From positions 1 to 40,971 of IMG/VR virus record IMGVR_UViG_3300022178_002149: 40,971 bases of DNA; one strand, written 5' to 3'. Of this stretch, positions 37,901 to 40,971 are shown in pieces. Origin of the DNA: a virus (lineage: Duplodnaviria; Caudoviricetes). A program made the translations under genes and the position numbers. Each line of letters begins with the position of its first letter. Position 1 is the first letter of the stretch. The notes under the pieces are model-generated. The model worked only from the letters and a program-made list of their open reading frames with translations. It was not told where the DNA came from and made no database searches.

Positions 37901-38134
37901 AATGTTGCATCTTCTAGCCCAACGTCTGTCGGCGCTACTTCTGGAAATACGTTCGGAGGTGGCGCTACAGGCTCTTCTATTAACAATAGCACTACAATGA
38001 ATCCAAACGCAGCGGCAAGTTTATATGCTGGAAATACTAACGCAGCATTGGCTAATCAATTTGGAACACCTAATCAACCTACAAATCAAATGCCAAGAAT
38101 GGCCACAGGAGGTATAGTATCTTTAGTATCATGA
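34925..38134 (+). CDS. Large internal virion / DNA ejection protein
   Basis: 1069 aa, helical, with glycine-zipper hydrophobic segments; ends MATGGIVSLVS. Confidence 0.6.
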   Translation: MAIKLNPFSTDQLSTLLMGETAGKEKIIGAKDTEYTDFRGTVPITDAEARIERIRKNTGEAKDAILGGFWDSVKGGAQTVYDVYNYGPRGVPQHIKEERALEAKAALDKVNKDSQLQIQYEKALANRPDVKTVRAEIAQIIAAAQKKEDNNPGSVNQGELEARLLAYARSQGYTAQEVQGGGDVDVDLMPDPYGLTTDSPNPFPEAENIAKLSGGLGGNILGYNMSKHWAIAQPGMVGKAAQGFGKGVQGGFKFWKGGPYWGRMAGALAGGLVGVLTADYGYETGLDIANQAGVFGKKGINRPGVASRARSLLDTAEQEVKLTALGAFVAPSINGVRNITRTLAFGAGPQELKIAEKGMGLAEKYIPEGQYGGKTGWMKKKGESDAIVGITDVSSYRSVQGFPNVGGRFPLIGGGISKNLAQRAEKMNVILNDMNNRIAPSVSYNRLSEAVSAASKVSAGKISGELTKLRKEWFEHAISRGANVKLAGNLGDSSPHSIITEFKAHMAQTTAKGIDGTPLPVVVRNKLNTFFDNVLQEPGSVTLARADAMLDELGFIMKQGGMKTNATAINFAEQFSQSIQNSMRALDLGEAGKSALKKYDDLWTQSEMLLGSPVAKQLGLSKNMLYGYQVQLGTQGTKYADDLLHTAKLLESPQSMKNLQVLVGDDIFRGMMRRHIESAYDSALKAWPGKSFLDLNTPIGAKALNQEGVVAAKQIDPKKFIENLGLDDQGGRLFATIDEGLKMAQKGIGKDNMQPWMKSLPSELIDAGADAKTIQILNGTAKQVDTGFVTAKDLTDFATVLEAGFRGGVPDISTFIARRAQLAGMQGAIRSFLPGKTIGGAATAGAAVPAVSMIHAVMFSLLARQGGKILTNPINLKAANQILKATDEDIARIWNPFSYNQFGSAPKALAVKNALETIGANFNGDLEELELQTQDTLNSQRRRDQVQSVKQPTGNEEITEKINIFEKMKQAAQAKQGIREESLTPTVTDATSNVASSSPTSVGATSGNTFGGGATGSSINNSTTMNPNAAASLYAGNTNAALANQFGTPNQPTNQMPRMATGGIVSLVS

Positions 38135-38337
38135 ACGTGAAAGATTATGTTGCAGTTATAGGATCTTTGTTAGCTTTAGGAATTGCCTGGGGCATGACTA
38201 ATCAAAAAGTACAAGCAATGGAAAAAGATATGGACCGCATGGAACAAGCTTTAATGATGTTTACACAAATTGAAGTACGAATAGCTGTTATGGAAACAGA
38301 ACTTAAAAATATAAATAAAAAATTAGATGGTAGATAG
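38131..38337 (+). CDS. Small membrane-anchored coiled-coil protein (possible holin/lysis accessory)
   Basis: N-terminal TM helix followed by a coiled coil; directly upstream of the lysozyme. Confidence 0.6.
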   Translation: MNVKDYVAVIGSLLALGIAWGMTNQKVQAMEKDMDRMEQALMMFTQIEVRIAVMETELKNINKKLDGR

Positions 38338-38761
38338 TAAACTTTTAGAATCAGTAAAAAAACACGAAGGCTACAGGAACAAGGTATATCTTGATACCCT
38401 AGGTAAGAGAACAGTGGGGGTAGGCCATCTGTGTGTAGAGGATTTTTGGGAAGATGACAAAGAATATGAAGAAAGTTTTTTAATGGAGATACTAGAAAAA
38501 GATTTACAGTCTGCAATTGATCAAGCTGATGACATGTGCAAAGGTTTAGAGTTACATGAAGATGCAAAAAATTTAATAATTGAAATGATATTTCAACTTG
38601 GTGGGCATGGGGTTTCAAAGTTCCGTAATATGTGGAAGGCCCTTAAAGAAACACCACCTAATTATTTTGAGGCGCATGTCCAAATGCTTGACTCACGTTG
38701 GGCAAAACAAACACCTAATAGAGCTGCTGACATGGCAGAAAAAATGCAAAATTGTGGATAA
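38327..38761 (+). CDS. Lysozyme, T4-type (GH24)
   Basis: HEG.R..VY.DTLG..TVGVGH catalytic E/D/T pattern; M.FQLG..GV.KF and SRWAKQTPNRA. Confidence 0.92.
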   Translation: MVDSKLLESVKKHEGYRNKVYLDTLGKRTVGVGHLCVEDFWEDDKEYEESFLMEILEKDLQSAIDQADDMCKGLELHEDAKNLIIEMIFQLGGHGVSKFRNMWKALKETPPNYFEAHVQMLDSRWAKQTPNRAADMAEKMQNCG

Positions 38762-38783
38762 ATTATAGTTTTTATGCTATAAT
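38755..38783 (+). promoter_or_regulatory. Sigma70-type promoter with extended -10
   Basis: TGGATA-17 nt-TATAAT, with TG at the extended position (TGCTATAAT, 38775-83). Confidence 0.65.
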
Positions 38784-38788
38784 AATTT

Positions 38789-39457
38789 GTGCAATTAATT
38801 CAGAAATATAATTACGCAGAACTTAAAAGACAGGATGGTGATTCCCGTCTGTATCTTACACCTGATGGTGAAAGCTTACCATCAGTTACAACGGTGTTAA
38901 ATAAAACAAAAGACAAATCATTTTTAAAGCAATGGCGTGCAAAAGTTGGAGAAGCAGCTGCAGAAAAAATTATATCTGACGCCGGTAAAATTGGAACCGC
39001 GCTCCACCTATACATAGAACGTTTAGTGAACGAAGAAAAGTACGCAGATCTTACTGACATAGGAATACAAGCAGAAAAAATGGCTAAAAAAATAATTGAA
39101 CAAGCTGGTGCAGATATAACAGATGTGTATGGTTCAGAAGTACATTTATACTATCCACATAAATATGCTGGGACAGCTGATATGATTGCTATGTATAAAG
39201 GCAAACCAACGATTATAGATTTTAAACAAACCAATAGACCAAAGAAACGTGAATGGATACAAGACTATCTAATGCAACTAGCTGCATACGCCCAGGCACA
39301 CAACGCTTTATTTAATACAGAAATCGAACAAGGTGTAGTTCTTATGTGTTCTCGTGATTTAACGTTTCAACGTTTTGAATTGACAGGTGAAAAGTTTACC
39401 AGGGCCTGTGATGCTTTTATGAAAAAACTTGATTTATATAATCAATCTATTCTTTAA
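38789..39457 (+). CDS. PD-(D/E)XK exonuclease
   Basis: R.Y.TPDG..LPSVTTVL, GT..H..IE, SEV.L, YAGTAD, IIDFKQ, YLMQLAAY. Confidence 0.88.
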   Translation: MQLIQKYNYAELKRQDGDSRLYLTPDGESLPSVTTVLNKTKDKSFLKQWRAKVGEAAAEKIISDAGKIGTALHLYIERLVNEEKYADLTDIGIQAEKMAKKIIEQAGADITDVYGSEVHLYYPHKYAGTADMIAMYKGKPTIIDFKQTNRPKKREWIQDYLMQLAAYAQAHNALFNTEIEQGVVLMCSRDLTFQRFELTGEKFTRACDAFMKKLDLYNQSIL

Positions 39458-40893
39458 ATCCAATTAGCTAATTCTTCTCCGTTTATTTCACGGGCAATAT
39501 TAACTTTGTTTCTAAGTGCTTGTATAATTTTTTCGTCAACTGTGCCTTTAGCAACTAAATCAATATATAATACTTTATTTTTTTGACCAATACGATGTGC
39601 ACGGTCTTCTGACTGTATTCTTTTTTCTAAATCATAATTATTAGAATAATAAATAACAGTGCTAGCTTCTGTTAACGTAATACCATATCCACCAGTTTGT
39701 GTGTTGCCTATAAAAAATCTAACAGGGTTTTCTGGATCTTGAAATTTTTTAATACATGCTTGTCTCTCTTCTTGTTTAGTTCCACCGTAATAAGTACAAG
39801 ATGATTGGGGTCCAAATTCTTCTGTAATAGCTTTTTGTATAGATATAATATCGTGAATATAATTAGCCCAGATAATAACTTTACCTGTAGTCTCACCTAG
39901 TATTTGCATGAGCTCTGTTAAACGATTATTTTTTAATTGTACTGTATCACCTTCATCAGTTTTCATATGCCCACAAGTTATCTGGTGTAATCTAATTAAT
40001 TGTGTCAAAACATTGACAGCTGTCAATGTTTCACCAGTGTGAAGCATGGTCATAGCATTAGACTTCATTTCACTATACGCTTTTTGTTGCTCATCAGTTA
40101 ATTCTACAGGACGTTTAGTAAATACTTTGTCTGGTAAATCCAAACAATCTTTTTTTAAAATACGGTAAGAATGTGGCGATACTAATTGCCCTAATTGTGC
40201 CAAGTTTTTAAACTTAACTATCTTTTGGTACTTGTGTGTACCACCTGCAGCATTAGCTGTAATGACCACGGCGTACCGGGTTCTAAATGCGTAGTAACTA
40301 GATTGGCCTAATATTTCTGGATCAAGAAAATCCATCTGTGACCACAAATCCATAGGAGATTGTGTTACTGGAGAGCCAGTCATTATTCTTCTATACTTAG
40401 CCTCGTTTCTTAATGATAAAATAGATTTAGTTCTTTTAGCTTGTGGATTTTTAATTGTAGTACTTTCATCAATAATCATCATGGACTTACCAAGTAAAAA
40501 TAATTTAGCATAATCTAAACCTTTTTTACTAGAGAAAGCTTCTACATTCATAACCATAATTTTAAAATCAAAGTTAGTTGGATCTTTAATGTCTCTTAAA
40601 TCTTGTCTGTATTGTGCGCTGGTAGATTGTTTCCAAGCTAATACTTTAAATTCAATATAGTCTGGAACGTGAACGGGGATTTCTTGTTCAACCCAGTTCA
40701 TGTACGTTCCTTTTGGGGCAACCACTAGTAAGCGGTCTATCTTGCCTCTGTTATATAATATGCATGCATTGTCTAATGCAATTTTAGTTTTACCTGTACC
40801 CATCTCTGCAAAAATAGCAAATGATTCTTTATTCCAACATTTTTTTAATGCATCTTTTTGATGCTCATATGGCTCAGTTTTAAATTTGTACAT
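39454..40893 (-). CDS. SNF2-family (SF2) helicase
   Basis: PY.HQ, EMGTGKT, IIDEST, MTGSP, QITCG, GG.GITLT.A, QSEDRAHRIGQ. Confidence 0.92.
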   Translation of the reverse strand: MYKFKTEPYEHQKDALKKCWNKESFAIFAEMGTGKTKIALDNACILYNRGKIDRLLVVAPKGTYMNWVEQEIPVHVPDYIEFKVLAWKQSTSAQYRQDLRDIKDPTNFDFKIMVMNVEAFSSKKGLDYAKLFLLGKSMMIIDESTTIKNPQAKRTKSILSLRNEAKYRRIMTGSPVTQSPMDLWSQMDFLDPEILGQSSYYAFRTRYAVVITANAAGGTHKYQKIVKFKNLAQLGQLVSPHSYRILKKDCLDLPDKVFTKRPVELTDEQQKAYSEMKSNAMTMLHTGETLTAVNVLTQLIRLHQITCGHMKTDEGDTVQLKNNRLTELMQILGETTGKVIIWANYIHDIISIQKAITEEFGPQSSCTYYGGTKQEERQACIKKFQDPENPVRFFIGNTQTGGYGITLTEASTVIYYSNNYDLEKRIQSEDRAHRIGQKNKVLYIDLVAKGTVDEKIIQALRNKVNIAREINGEELANWI

Positions 40894-40911
40894 TTATTTC
40901 TTTCTTTATTC

Positions 40912-40940
40912 TTGAAACGCATTATATCATATGCTATAAT
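40912..40940 (+). promoter_or_regulatory. Near-consensus sigma70 promoter for a gene starting beyond the window
   Basis: TTGAAA-17 nt-TATAAT with extended TG; RBS AAGGAG at about 40957-62. Confidence 0.8.
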
Positions 40941-40948
40941 ATAAACAA
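40921..40948 (-). promoter_or_regulatory. Divergent promoter for the helicase
   Basis: On the minus strand: TTGTTT-16 nt-TATAAT, with extended TG (TGATATAAT). Confidence 0.55.
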
Positions 40949-40971
40949 GAAATAAAAAGGAGAAATAAATA

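Noticed and set aside
1575-39060. Numerous minus-strand ORFs of 60-147 aa in the ORF track
   Set aside because: All are antisense shadows of well-supported + strand genes, with no RBS or recognisable motifs.
38789-39457. Cas4 / CRISPR association
   Set aside because: Lacks the four-Cys Fe-S ligands and has no array nearby. It is a generic phage PD-(D/E)XK exonuclease.
1-40971. Stop-codon reassignment, introns, inteins, tRNAs, integrase/att sites
   Set aside because: Genes tile densely in the standard code, the core genes look uninterrupted, and no cloverleaf or integrase was seen.

Overview
An AT-rich, densely coding 41-kb segment of a tailed dsDNA phage (podovirus-like). It resembles marine uvMED / pelagiphage-type genomes, but the host is inferred, not shown. 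Almost everything from <1 to 39457 is on the + strand. The order is: a large multidomain protein cut by the window edge, P22-like portal, low-complexity acidic proteins, holin-like and small basic proteins, GroES, scaffold, a Mu gpT-like major capsid protein followed by a pseudoknotted RNA, head-tail adaptors, a mosaic array of short tail-fibre/C1q cassettes with chaperones, tail tubular protein, GNAT, DNA-ejection proteins, T4-type lysozyme and a PD-(D/E)XK nuclease. A SNF2-like helicase is on the - strand. No terminase, integrase, polymerase, tRNA or CRISPR array is visible. Four small ORFs missing from the ORF track were found, including a 10-Cys metallothionein-like peptide. The most notable signals: (1) seven copies of an RQPGLF motif, resembling the sliding-clamp-binding motif, in two unrelated proteins 26 kb apart; (2) a recurring [aromatic/M/K]-x-x-G-G signal in many non-core virion proteins, which divides one protein (30018-31313) into an apparent polyprotein ending in a candidate processing domain. 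All functional calls rest on motif recognition and gene context, with no database searches.
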